A DNA stretch of 64,000 nt from Malacoraja senta. Its lineage: Eukaryota. The position numbers and the translations under genes are program-made. Of this stretch, positions 38,632-51,659 are shown one piece after another (the stretch's first letter is position 1; each line of letters starts with the position of its first letter). The stretch spans positions 9,798,001 to 9,862,000 of the forward strand of contig CM075993.1 of NCBI GenBank assembly GCA_038087875.1, given 5' to 3'. Below the pieces are notes generated by a model. That model ran no database searches. It had not been told where the DNA came from and saw only the letters and a program-made list of their open reading frames with translations.

Positions 38632-41600
38632 CAATTTAAATTGTTGTATTTTAAGTTATTTACATTTTAAGATTTAATAAATCACTTTTCCACTTGCAGC
38701 GCCTGTCAGCCGCTATCTCTCTGCTCTCTCACTCTTTGATCTTTATCTTTTTCTCTGCACTCTCTCTCTCACTTCCACTCTGTCTGTGCACACTCTCTCT
38801 GCCCCCCCACCTCCATCGAGACGCACCTGAGAGGTGAGGGCTATTCGTCAGTAGATAGGGTGGAGATGGGATAAAAGAAGCAAATTACAATATTAAGATA
38901 ATATCAAGGGGTGTGATGAGTGTGTGCGTTTGTGGGTGCCAGATTCACACCCCGCAACCGTGCTTTGTAGGAACAGACCCAACGGATGGGTGGTTAGTGT
39001 GACGCCACAGCCCCGCCCCCCCGCAAATGCACGTTGGGGATACAGACCCAACACGTCTGCACTTGGTCTAGTCTATATTTAAAACTCTGTGTGTGTATGC
39101 GTGTCTGCTTGACTTGTGCCAGCCAGCCCCTTTGATACCGCGCTACGCCAACACCGCACGCAGAAACGCCGAGATTTTTTCCATTTCGGTAGAGATTTCA
39201 CTTTTCTTTACCAATAGCCGCTCCTGATTAAATTTCGTCGTGTTTATGTACACGTTTTAAAAAAACAGCTCTCAGCCATAGAATGTTAGTGAAGGTTCCA
39301 TCGTATGACATCACAATGCCCAATGCTCACAGATGTCCAATCGAAATGGATCCATTTACATATGCCTTTGCAGCAGCCCCAGCCCCAGCCCCTCCCCCGC
39401 AGCCTGTGTCAAAGAGCGTCATCACGTGTGTGGGAATAGAGAAAGAGGATTGGGGGTGATAGGGAATGGGGAACAGATGGACTGTCCCTACCCCTCCCCC
39501 TTCCACTCTCCCTCCCCACTATTTCCCCTCTCCCCCCACCCCTCTCCCCCTCCCTCCACACTCTTCCCCTTCCCCTAACCCATCTCCCTCCGGCCCTCCT
39601 TCCCCCATCCCTCCCCCCTCCCCCACTCCTCTCTCTCCCTCCCCATCCCTCTCTCCCCCTCCCCCATCCCTCTCTCCTCCCCCTCTCCATCTCCCTCTCC
39701 TCACCATCTCCCTCTCCTCACCATCTCCCTCTCCTCCTCCCACCACCATCCCTCTCCCCCACCCCCTTTCCCCTCTCCCCTTCCCTCCCACACCACCTTC
39801 CCTCTCTCCCCAAACCCCTTCCCTCCCCCACCCCCTTCCCTCCCCCACCCCCTTCCCTTCCCTCTCCCCCCAACCCCTTCCCCATCCCCCTTCCCACACC
39901 ACCCCCTTCCCTCTCTCCCCAACGCCCCTTCCCTCCCCCACCTCCCTCTCTCCCCCACCCCCTTCCCCCTCCCCACTCTTCCCCCTCTATCCACACTCTT
40001 CACACACTACCCCCTACCCCATCTCCCTCCTCGCTTCCCTCCCCCTCTCCCCCACCCCTCTCTCCTTCCCCCCCCTCCATCTCCCTCTCCCTCTCCTCAC
40101 CCCTCTCCCTCTCCTTCCCCTCCTCCTCCCACCCCATCCCTCTCTCGCCCACCCCCTTCCCTCTCTACTCCACCCCTTCCCTCTCTCCCCCGCCCCCTTT
40201 CCCCCGCCCCCTTCCCCCTACCCCTCTGTCCCTCTTCCACCATACCCCCTCCCCCTCCCTCCCTCCCCACTCTCCCACTTCTCTCCCCTTACCACACACC
40301 TCTCCCTCCCCCACCCCTCTCTCTCCCCCTCCCTTCCCCCTCCCTCCCCCACCCCTTCCCCTACCCCTCTGTCCCTCTTCCACCACTCCCCCTGTCCCTC
40401 TTCCACCACTCCCCCTACCCCTCTCCCCTCCATCCCTCCCCACTCTTCCACTTCTCACCCCCTGCCCCCTCCCACTCTCCCTCCCCACTCTTTCCACTCT
40501 CTCCGCTCTCCCCCTCCCTCCACACTCTTCCCCCTCTCTCCTCACCCCTCTCCCTCCTCCCCTCCCACCCCCTCTCTTCCCCCTCCCCCACTCCTCTTCA
40601 CCCCCATCTCCCCCCCACCCCCTTCCCCTCTCTCTTGCACCACTCCCCGCTACCCCTCTCCCCCTCACTCCCCACTCTTCCCCTCTCCATCCCCCACCTC
40701 TCCCCCTCCCCCCTCCCTCTCCCCCCACCCTCTCTCTCCCCCTCTCTTCCTACTCCTCTCTCCCCTTCCCCTCATCCCCTCTCTCCACCTCTAACATCCC
40801 CTCCCCCCACTCCCAGCCCCCTACCCCTCACCCCCCTTCCTGCCCTCCCCGCTCTCCTCCCACTCCCCACTCTCCTCCTCCCTCTGTCTCCCCCACCCTG
40901 CTCTCCCTCCCCAATCTCTCCCCTTTCCTCCTCCCCCTCTCCCCTCCCTCCCCCTCTCCCCTCCCGCCCCTCTTCTCTCCCCACCACGTCTCCATCTCCC
41001 CCCCTCCCCTCTTCTCTCCCCACCCCGTTTCCCTCGCCCCCCCCTCCCCCCGCCTGTGTGTTTGGGGGGTGGTTAGTGTGAGTGTGATGCCGCAGCCCCC
41101 CCACCCCGCAAACGCGCGTTGGGGAAACAGCCCGCCAACAGTCTCTCTGTCTTTAAGAAGGAACTGCAGATGCTGGAAAATCGAAGGTACACAAAAAAAA
41201 GCTGGAGAACCTCAGCGGGTGCAGCAGCATCTATGGATCGAAGGAAATAGGCAACGTTTCGGGCCAAAACCCGTCTGAAGATGGGTTTCGGACCAAAGCG
41301 TTGCCTATTTCCTTCGCTCCATAGATGCTGCTGCACCCGCGGCTCAACATGCACGCCCGCTCCAATCCCCCCCTTCAGCTCTCTCCCCCATCCTCTCCTT
41401 CCTCTCTCCACCCCCTCCTCTCTCCCCCTCCTCTCTCCCCCTCCTCTCTCCCCCTCCTCTCCAACCCTTCCTCTCCCCCCTTCCTCTACACCCTCCTCCT
41501 CCCCCTCCTCCTTTTTTTCTAACATTAAATTTTCTCTCTCTGCTCCCCCCCTCTAGACGCACCTGAGAGGTGAGGGCTATTCGTCAGTGGATAGGGTGGA

Positions 41601-42075
41601 GATGGGATAAAAGCCAATTAATAAAATTAAGATAATATCAAGAGGTGTGATGAGTGTGTGTGTTTGTGGGTGCCAGATTCCCACCCCGCAACCGTGCTTT
41701 GGAGGAACAGACACAACGGGTGGTTAGTGTGATGCCGCAGCCCCCCCCCCCCGCTAATGCGCGTTGGGGAAATAGACCCAACGGGTCTGCACTTGGTCTG
41801 GTCTATATTTAAAACTCTGTGTGTGGTGGCTGGCTGCCGCCTGCTTGACTTGAGCCAGCCAGCCCCTTTGATACCGCGCTACGCCAACACCGCACGCAGA
41901 AACGCCGAGATTTTTTTGAATTTCGGTAGAGATTTCATTTTTCTTTACGAATAGCCACTCCAGATTAAATTTCGTCGTGTTTATGTACTCTCTCCACCAC
42001 CACCTTCCCTCCCCCACCCCCTTCCCTCTCTCCCCACCCCCTTCCCTCTCTCCCCCTCCCCACTCTTCCCCCTCC

Positions 42076-42275
42076 NNNNNNNNNNNNNNNNNNNNNNNNN
42101 NNNNNNNNNNNNNNNNNNNNNNNNNNNNNNNNNNNNNNNNNNNNNNNNNNNNNNNNNNNNNNNNNNNNNNNNNNNNNNNNNNNNNNNNNNNNNNNNNNNN
42201 NNNNNNNNNNNNNNNNNNNNNNNNNNNNNNNNNNNNNNNNNNNNNNNNNNNNNNNNNNNNNNNNNNNNNNNNNNN
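42076..42275. other. Assembly gap (200 N)
   Basis: Run of exactly 200 N, typical of a fixed-size scaffolding gap. Confidence 0.99.
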
Positions 42276-45200
42276 ATAAGCAAGAGTCATCCTTTGACAT
42301 GCAATGTCACTGATGCAAGCCTTCAGAGGATGTTGGCTAACAAAAGGTTAGCAGAGTAAACAGATACATTGTTATCTTCAGGTTCAACGTTTAATGCCTT
42401 TAAACATTTATCTGACTTGCGAGCTCTAAAAGAGTGAAAGAGCTGCAAGCATTTTAGCTCTTTTTTTAGTTTAACATTTTTCCTTCAAACAATCTGCATA
42501 CTGTAACAGCAGCATGTCCAAGTAACATTTCACAGTCGCAAATTACTGGGTCACAGTAACATGGAACACTGAACCAACAGCAATGACTGGTTCTTTGTTT
42601 TCCCTGGTATATAATCTGGTGGATGTCTTTAGACTCTTCTCTTATTATCAATTTAAATGTCCACAATCATTCACACATTATCATTGTCTTATCTAAAGGG
42701 CCTGTCCCACGAGCATGCGACTGCATGCGGCAAGCGCGACCTAACGTGGTCGCTTGAGCCGTACGGCCTCGCGGGGCCGGTCCCACTTCGATCGCCGGAG
42801 CCGTATGAAGTTGTGCGGAGCTGGTCCCGACATCGCGCGGGACTCCGAAAAACTGACTGTTCAAAAATTCCGCGCGGCAACGGCCAGCCGGCCCGCAGCC
42901 GCCCTGACGGCGTACGCACCGCCTCGACGGGCGTGTGCAGCGTCTCGACGCCGTACGCAGCGTCTTGACGCCGTACGTCACGCGCAAACTTCCCCGCTGA
43001 CTTTGCGCGAACTTCACGTCACTCACTCGACCTCCGCGCGGCCACCGCTTCCGGTTTGGCCGCGCTCGCTGCATGCAGTCGCATGCTCGTGGGACAGGCC
43101 CTGTACGGGGATCACTCGACCTCCGCGCGGCCCCCGCTTCCGGTTTTGGTCGCGCATGCAGTCGCATGCTCGTGAGACAGGCCCTTTACTCTCGATACAG
43201 CTAGTCATTCTGGGAACTCTAAATTTGTCAGTCCAATCTTATTTTTTGTGTTTACCCAAAATGGATTGCCTCTAATTTTTCTGAGATTGATTGACCTTCA
43301 AGTAGCTGTTTCCAATCCCCGAAGCTAACTTCACTTCTCGGCTTTCACTTCCCCCAATTTCAAACCTTTAGTCCTATTTGTTTTGCCTTTTTGTACTGAC
43401 AATGCCATCTATCTGAATTGAGAATCTTATCCCCCCCACCATTCTTCTTACTTCACAGCTTCATCATCCAAAACTAAATCCAGAATCCACCGCTCCCCTT
43501 TTGCTGATCACGCTAACTATTGACTAAAACATAAAGCTCCAGAATGTGATAAAATAATTCTCTACCCAAGTTAAGATTAAAGTCATTGAAATCTCCACAT
43601 ATTACCATGCCATTGTTTTTGAACTTGTCAGACATTGGTCTCCAGGTTTGCTTCTTCTATCTCCCTCATATGAGCTGCACAGCAGAAGGACCATGCAATA
43701 AAGGACCCCTCCCATCCAGCAAACCACCTTTTCCAGTCTCTCCCTTCAGGGAGGCGCCTTAGGTCACTTGCTACAAAATCCACCCGTTTTAAAAACAGTT
43801 TCTTCCCCTCAGCAATAAGAACACTTAATTCCCTCCAATAACTTTTTGACTTTGATGTATACAGTGTCTTGTCTATGGTTTTTGTCTGTTCTTTTGCACT
43901 ATGTATTGTTGGTGAGATTTGTGATTTGTGATGTGCTTTATTATTATTGTTGTTAGTGTTAATGTGCTAAAGCAGTGTACCATCATGTACCGAACCCAAT
44001 TACCACCAACCCTGGTCGTGTGGCAAATAAAGTTTCTATTCTATTCTATTCTATTCTATTCTATGATAGATTGAACTAAAGAAGTTTGTTTGGAAGTCCA
44101 CAGTACATCATCAGCACTATACATTGCCCTTTCTTGCAGTATGAAGAAGGGACCGACCAAAACATCCCCCATCCATGTCCTCCAGAAATGCAACCTGACC
44201 AGCTGAACTACTCGAGCACTTTCTGTTTTTTAGTAAACCAACATCTGCAGTTCCTTGTGTCGCTGTTTTTATTTCTTTAGTTCAATCTATCATATTGTTT
44301 ATTGTATGGTCCCTCTGCTGTGTACCTCATATGTTGCTGCAATGTTAGCAACTCAGGTTGAGGTACCTCTGGAGCTGTTGCCAGCATTCCCTTCTGCACT
44401 TCATTGAACTTGTGTTGGTCCATAACCTTGATTGTCATGGTCAAGTAAGATTATGCCAGGGCATGAGATTGCCGGTTCTGATAATAATACAGTTCTGCTG
44501 CCCCTGCTGACTCTCAGCTCCTCATTGAAGCCCGTGTGAGCTTCCATTAAGCAGGACGGAGATTAACTTCCAGCTGAAGGTGGCATTTTCTCTGCACAAT
44601 CGTGATATGTGGCCACAACAAGAAATAAACTGCTGGAGGAACTCAGCGTGTCAGATATCTGTGGATGGAAATAGACAGACGACATTTCAGGTTTAGTTTA
44701 GATTCGTTTAGAGATACAGTGCGGAAACAGGCTCTTCGGCCCACCGAGTCCACGTTGACCAGCTATCCCCATACACATACTATCCTACACACACTAGGGA
44801 AAATATACAATTATACCAAATCAATTAACCTACAAACCTGTGCATCTTTGGAGTGTGGGAGGAGACCGGAGATCCTGGAGAAAACCCACGCAGGTCACGG
44901 GAGAACGTTTAAACTCCGTACAAACTAGCACCTGTAGTCAAGATCGAACCCAGGTCTCTGATAACTCTACTGCTGTGCCACTGTGCCGCCCCAAAGGTTG
45001 GGATCCCTCACTGCTCTCAAGTGACTGAACCTGAATCATCTTCTGTACATTCCCCACAGATGCTGCCTGAACTGCTGAGTGTCTCCAACACTCAAGATGC
45101 TCCTATGCTAAAGATTCCAGCATCTGTGGTTCCTTGTGTTTTCAAGCTGCTACAATATGTAGATTTGGCGATGAGAAGGTCAATAGGTTTATCCTTCATG

Positions 45201-48200
45201 TTGTTCATTCACTTCCTGCCACAGACCTAATCTTTCATATACCCCCTTGGGAATCATCCAGCTACCAATCAAATAAGATCAAATAGAACAAGTTGTCCTA
45301 CAACTTTAGGCTGTGCATGCCATACGCAAGAAGAAGAAGATTAGCTTAGGGAGGGCACCAGATGGTCATCAGAAAGATTTCCCCTTGTTTGGCCTGAAAC
45401 CGTGAGGCGCTGTGTTATCTGGAATCATGTTGAGGACTCCCAGGTCTACTCCCTCCCATTTTAAAACCACTGTCCTCACCTCTCAAAATTGTATTCTGTC
45501 AATGAGACTAATTGTACCCAGAATTGCTGTCTCAGGCTGTTGATTGATGAGTCTGTGAGACAGCATATAAACTTTCCAGAAGACAATGAAGTCTTTACGA
45601 TGTTGGTCCATTGGGACTGACTACGTTGTGTTGGGATTTAGTGTTCCATCAGCTTTGTCCTTGTTCCTCTTTAGTACAGCAGTTTTGAATGATGTTCAGT
45701 TCTGCAGGCCCATTGTAAGAGCAATGGATTTCTTTCCTGAAGAACGTTAGTGAACTAGATGGGTTTTTATAACAAAATATATAATTTCTGCCATGATGAG
45801 GTTAGAACCCCTGTCTCGTTTGTTGGATTTAAGACTCTGCCACCATTCAGATTCTGGAAGAAATAGCACCAATATTTGGTTATCCATCCCTTGGAGTCTG
45901 CTCTGCCATTTGTTGAGATCATGTCTGATCTTATACCTCAGTGCCATTTCCCCCGTAGCTCTTGATTCCATAAATGGCTAGAAACCTATTCACCGATGTT
46001 ATGAATGAACACAATGACTGAGCCTCAACACAGCTCGTGATAGAGAATTCCAAAAGTTCATCAGTTAGCTATTGAATACATTTCTCATCACAATTTTAAA
46101 AGGTTTTATCCCAGTTCTTGATGTATGATTTTCATCACCTATTCTACAGTGCACCAAGTAGCCTCAATACCACGCTGATGGCCAGAATAAATGCTCAGAT
46201 AATGGAGTTGATGCAGTTTCAAATAGACTGCATATTTTACCTGTTATACTAGTTACTCCTATTGCATTGTTTCATCATTTTCACTTCCAAATGTGGACCT
46301 TATTCATTTCTCAAGATCTCCAGTTTATACTTTAGCAAAAATCAAAGATTTAGTTAGTCATTTTACCAACACACTGATAAATGCTTCAGTGTAATCTTAC
46401 TGAACAATAATTGTGCTAGTCACCTCAAAGGGAATTCAGGAAGGAGAAAACCAAGCAGGAAGGGGAAGTTAAAAAAGTGGTAAACCAAATAAACAAATAG
46501 CAAAAACTCAACCATGCAGCAAAGTGGGTCAAAGTACAGACACAATATTAAACATGACCATATTAAGGGTGCTGACCACTTGCCAAATTTGTAATCAGGC
46601 AAATGAATTAATGGTATAAATCAAAGTAAATGGAGAGGATCTCATAGCCATTACTGGTGTCAAGGAAAGAGCGTTCACGTCGCGGCCATGTTTCCACTAA
46701 TTGTTCCACCACCACGCACAAGAAGCACAAGAAGCGACAAGACAGACACCATTGTATGCAGATGCCGAGAAGTGTGTTCAGCTCTGGCTGAACAACTTCT
46801 AATCTTGTGTGTGGATGATAAGAAGATTGCCATCACTGACAGGTGGTTACATGAGAGCTTGGAGTTAAATATTCCAGGCGTTCACATTTAGGAAAGACAG
46901 ATGAAAAGGAAAGGGAGGTGATAAAATATTAATATGGGAGGAGATCTGTGCAGTGGTATTAACTGATCTTGGCCTATCATATCATGATGCTTAACTAGAA
47001 TCAACTTGGGTTGAGCTAAGAAATAGCCACAGTCAGGAAACAGTGAGAGAAGTTATTTATAGGGCTCAAATATTTGTAGTACAGGGCTTGACCTAAACCA
47101 GGAAACTCGAGCAGTTGAAACGAGAAAAGACACTTGTGCAGGCACATGAATAAGGATGGTTTAGAAGGATATGGGCCAATCACGGGCAGGTGGGACCAGT
47201 GTAGAGAGGGCATCTTGGTCAGCACGGGCAAGTTGGGCTGAAGGGCCTGTTTCCATGCTGTATGACTAAATATAGTGACACTGGGAGACTTTAACCTTCA
47301 TATAGATTAAAGCAAATTTCATTTGCCCCAATGAAGTGAAAGATGAAGTTGTGGATTATAAATAAGAGACTTTACTGGGTCAATAGTATCATCAAAGACC
47401 CACACCATCCTGGCCACACACTCATCACCCTGCTACCTTCAGGTAGAAGGTACAGGAGCCTGAAGACTGCAACAACCAGGTTCAGGAATAGCTACTTCCC
47501 CACAGCCATCAGGCTATTAAACCTGGCTCGGACAAAACTCTGATTATTAATAACCCATTATCTGTTATCTGCACTTTATCAGTTTATTTATTCATGTGTG
47601 TATATATGTATATTATGGTATATGGACACACTGATCTGTTTTGTAGTAAATGCCTACTATGTTCTGTGTGCTGAAGCAAAGCAAGAATTTCATTGTCCTA
47701 TCAGGGACACATGACAATAAACTCACTTGACTTGACTTGACTTGACTTGAATCAACTGGGAAGAAAGCTATCATATATCTCAGTCTTGTGCAGAAAGGGT
47801 TAATTGATAGCCTTGTTGTTGAGGGGTCTTTGGGAATGAGTGAGCATGTGATAACATTTGACATAGTGTTTGAATGTGAAGTAGTTTAATGTGAAACAAG
47901 GGTCTTAAGTCTAAACAAAGCAAAGTGTGAAACCGTGGGTAGAGAGTAACAAAAACATTCTTTCAAGCACAAAAATCCAACAGGAAAAGTGGTTCAACTA
48001 AGACTGATGAGAGAATTAAGACAAAGACAGAGACCCAAAGTTGCCAAAAGTCGCAGTAAACCTGAGGATTAATGATATTTTAGAACCCATTGAAGGAAGA
48101 CCCAAAATCGATAAAGAAAGGGAAGATAAAATCAAAGTGTAGACTCATGAGAAAACTGGACTGCGGGGACTTTTATTGGTATAATAAGTGGGACCCATCG

Positions 48201-49459
48201 GGTCCCGTTCCCCCAACGCAATATTCCACCACTCACCCATAGCCCCCAACTGCTTAGGCGCGGCCGACGTTTTTAGTGTTTAAAAGGGCAATAACTTGTA
48301 AAAAAATAAGCAATGTGAACGCATCTCACCCTCCCTCTTCTGTCCTTTATTCCTCTCGTCCATTATCCCCATTACCCACCCTCCACCAACCCTCCTCTGC
48401 TTTCTCCCCTCACCCTCTCCCTCCTCTCTCTTCTCCCTTCCCCATCACCTGGCCATCCCTCTTCCTAACCCCATCCTCCTCCATTCCCCCAGCACCCTCT
48501 TCATTCCCCTCCTCCTTCCCTCCCCCACTCCCTCCCTCACCTCTCCCTCCCTCTCCTTTCCCCTGCCCTCAGTCACTCCCCCCTCCCTCCATAACCCCTC
48601 TCCCATCTCTAGCCCCCTCCTCTCCCTCTATCCCCCACTCCCTACCTCCCCCACTCCCCCCCTTCTCCCTCTATCCCCCTCCCCCACTCTCCCTCCTCAC
48701 CTCACTTTCCCCTCCCTACCCCCTCCTCTCCCTCAATCCCCCCTGACTTTCCCTCCTCACCTCTCCAGGTTCTCGATGTAAACCACCGCCGGCCCCGTTT
48801 TCTCCTCCACGTCAGCGATGAAGTGCGGCCTAGTCCTTGCCCCGGGTCCCGCTCCTCTCCCTCCCCGCGGGCCCGGAGCAGCAGCGCCGCTCCAGACCCA
48901 GCCCCAGCCTCAGGGCCAGGCAAGTGCAGGCAAAAAAAAAGGCAATCTGAATATGCGGAAAGGCCTCAACTGCGCACGCGCGGATATCGGGCCCACTGCG
49001 CACGCGCAGGGGCAAATAGGGACGCTGTTTTAAGTTATTTTAAGTTTTAAATGTCAATAACTTGTAAAATATAACATCAATCTGAACAAAACTTGTTTCA
49101 TTTACATCGCAGGACAATGGTGAGTAAGGGTGGGCCAAAACCTGTAGTGCTATCATGTACGTTTTTGCGCAAATATAGGTACAAACATACAAACAAACAA
49201 ATAAACAAATATAGGTACAAACAAGATGATAGTTTTAGTAATAATAGTTAGATACAATGGAAAAAAACAACGATCCCAAGTGCGAGTCCTTGCAGACAGA
49301 GAATGTATTATAGGGCAGAAGAATTAAACAATCACTCCGTGTCTGCCTTCAAGGAAGGAGATACTGTTTTCTGTATGTTTTGGTTGTTATCCAAGTTTGA
49401 AGAATAGTATAAGCAAGATAGACATGATGTTGAGTAGAATTCAAGGTCCATCCAATTCT

Positions 49460-49494
49460 AGTCTGAAGAAGGGTCTCGACCCGAAAAGTCACCC
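49460..49494 (+). ncRNA. Minimal type I hammerhead-ribozyme-like motif within a Penelope-derived repeat (mirror ~21649-21683, minus)
   Basis: agt CTGAAGA a GGGT ctcg ACCC GAAA ag TC accc: CUGANGA core, 4-bp stem II, GAAA, UH site. Activity is not shown. Confidence 0.6.
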
Positions 49495-49681
49495 ATTCCT
49501 TCTCTCCAGAGATGCCTCCTGTCCCACTGAGTTACTCCAGCTTTTTGCGTCTATCATTGGGTTAAACCAGCATCTGCAGTTCCTTCATACATATTTTGTC
49601 TACTCAATCAATCGGAAACACTGAAATGTCTCAATCCGTGCAACTTCATGGGACTTGTCAAATTTTTTTTCTCACATTCAG

Positions 49682-49870
49682 GTGGGGGACAAATCGATAA
49701 GTGACACTTTCAGGCAGCTCCTGAGAGAGGAAGGTGTGTGGGGCTTCACCAAGGGGCTCACCGCTCGCATCTTATCGACAGCTCCAACAGCTCTTGCCTT
49801 AGTGGTTGGTTACGAAACATTGAAAAAGATTAGTTTAAAGGAAGAATTAGTGGCAACTAGACGTTGGTAA
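49682..49870 (+). CDS. slc25a44: Last coding exon of SLC25A44, arm 2 copy, frame intact
   Basis: ttcag|GTG GGG GAC ... GYETLKKISLKEELVATRRW*, matching the SLC25A44 C-terminus as recalled (GYESLKKLSLRPELVDSRHW). An AATAAA lies about 18 nt after the stop. Confidence 0.9.
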   Translation: MGDKSISDTFRQLLREEGVWGFTKGLTARILSTAPTALALVVGYETLKKISLKEELVATRRW

Positions 49871-50056
49871 AACCAGTATTGCATTGGAATAAAGTGCACA
49901 AAAATGTTTTGCGTTTATTACTGCTGCTGTGTAAAACTTTGGCTCTTACATGCACCCTCACTGTAGGACACTACTAAACCCCAGTCATGGAGGTCCACAG
50001 AACCAGAAACCAATTTCGTTTCACATATACTCAGATATTTTGTTAACCTGAGTGTA

Positions 50057-51659
50057 CAGTGTATTCAGAAAGTATTCAGACCCCTTCACTTTTTCTACAT
50101 TTACAGCCTTATTCTAAAATGGATTAAAATTCATTTTTGTTATCATCAATCTACACACAATACCCCATCATAAAAAAGCGAAAACAGGTGTTTAGAAATG
50201 TATGCAAAGTAATTAAAAAGAAATAACTGAAGTATCACATTTACATAAGTATTCAGACCCTTTACTCAGTACTTTGTTGAGGCACCTTCGGCAGCGATTA
50301 CAGCCTCAAGTCTTCTTGGGTATGACGCTACAAGCTTGGCACACCTGTATTTGGGTAATTTCTCCCATTCTTCTCTGCAGATCCTCTCAAGCTCTCTCAG
50401 GTTGGATGGGGAGCGTCGATGCACAGCTATTTTCAGGTCCCTCTAGAGGGGGGGTTCAAGTCCAGGCTCTGGCTGGGCCACTCAAGGACATTCACAGACT
50501 TGTCACAAAACCACTCCTGTGTTGTCTTGCCTGTGTCCTTAGGGTTGTTGTCCTGTTGGAAGGTGAACTTCCGCCCCAGTCTGAGGTCCAGAACGCTCTG
50601 GAGCAGGTTTTCATCAAGGATCTTTCTGTACTTTGCACCGTTCATCATTCCCTTGATCCTGACTAGTCTCCCAGTTCCTGCCACTGAGAAAAATGCCCAC
50701 AGCATGATGCTGCCACCACCCTGCTTCACCATGGGTATGGTATTTGCCAGGTGATGAGCGGTGCCTGGTTTCCTCCAGACATGATGCTTGGCATTCAGGC
50801 CAAAGAGTTCAATCTTGGTTTCATCAGACCAGATAATCTTGTTACTCATGCCTTTTGGCAAACTCCAAGTGGGCTGTCATGTGCCTTTTACTGAGGAGTG
50901 GCTTCTATCTGGCAACTCTACCATAAAGGCTTGATTGATGGAGTGCTGCAGATATAGTTGCCTTCTGCAAGATTCTCCCATCTCCACAGAGGAACTCTGG
51001 AGCTCTGTCAGAGTGACCATCGGGTTCTTGGTCACCTCCCTGACCAAGGCCCTTCTCCCCCAATTGCTCATTTTGGCTGGGCGGCCAGCTCCATGAAGAG
51101 TCCTGGTGGTTCCAAAGTTCTTCCATTTAAGAATGACGGAGGCCACTGTGCTCTTCGGGGCCTGCAATGCTGCAGAAATTGTTTTATACCCTTCCCCAGA
51201 TCTGTGTCACGACACAATCCTGTCTCGGGGGTCTACAGACAATTCCTTCGTCCTCGTGGGTTGGTTTTTGCTCTGACATGCACTGTCAACTGTGGGACCT
51301 TATATAGACAGGTGTGTGCCTTTCTAAATCATGTCCAATCAATTTAATTTACCACTGGTGAACTCTAATCAAGTTGTAGAAAGATCTCAAGGATAATCAA
51401 TGGAAACAGGATGAACCTAAGCTCAAATGAGTGTTTATTGGCAAAAGGTCTGAATACTTATGTAAATGTGATATTTCAGTTATTTATTTTTAATTACTTT
51501 GCAAAAATTTATAAACACCTGTTTTCGCTTCTTCATTCTGGGGTATTGTGTGTAGATTGATGATAAAAAAGAAAATAATTTAATCCATTTAAAAATAAGG
51601 CTGTAACGTAACAAAATGTGGAAAAAGTGAAGGCGTCTGAATACTTTCTGAATGCACTG
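50057..51659 (-). mobile_element. Mirror copy of the Tc1 element
   Basis: Same TIRs, TA flanks and ORFs (50433-50861, 50877-51167). Confidence 0.95.

Larger units (their letters stand above)
31143..42075 (+). mobile_element. Head-to-tail tandem array of non-autonomous Helitron-like units: ~31143-31511, 31512-33293, 33294-36672, 36673-39071, 39072-41801, 41802-gap
   Basis: Each junction reads (hairpin CAGACCC-AAC-GGGTCTG or a decayed form)-CACTTGGT-CTRR followed by TAATATATTAAAACTCTG or TCTATATTTAAAACTCTG. The units share internal modules. Confidence 0.75.

Noticed and set aside
49682..49870. A second functional slc25a44 gene copy
   Set aside because: Only the last exon is present in arm 2; upstream exons would fall in or beyond the gap, and the arm may be allelic.
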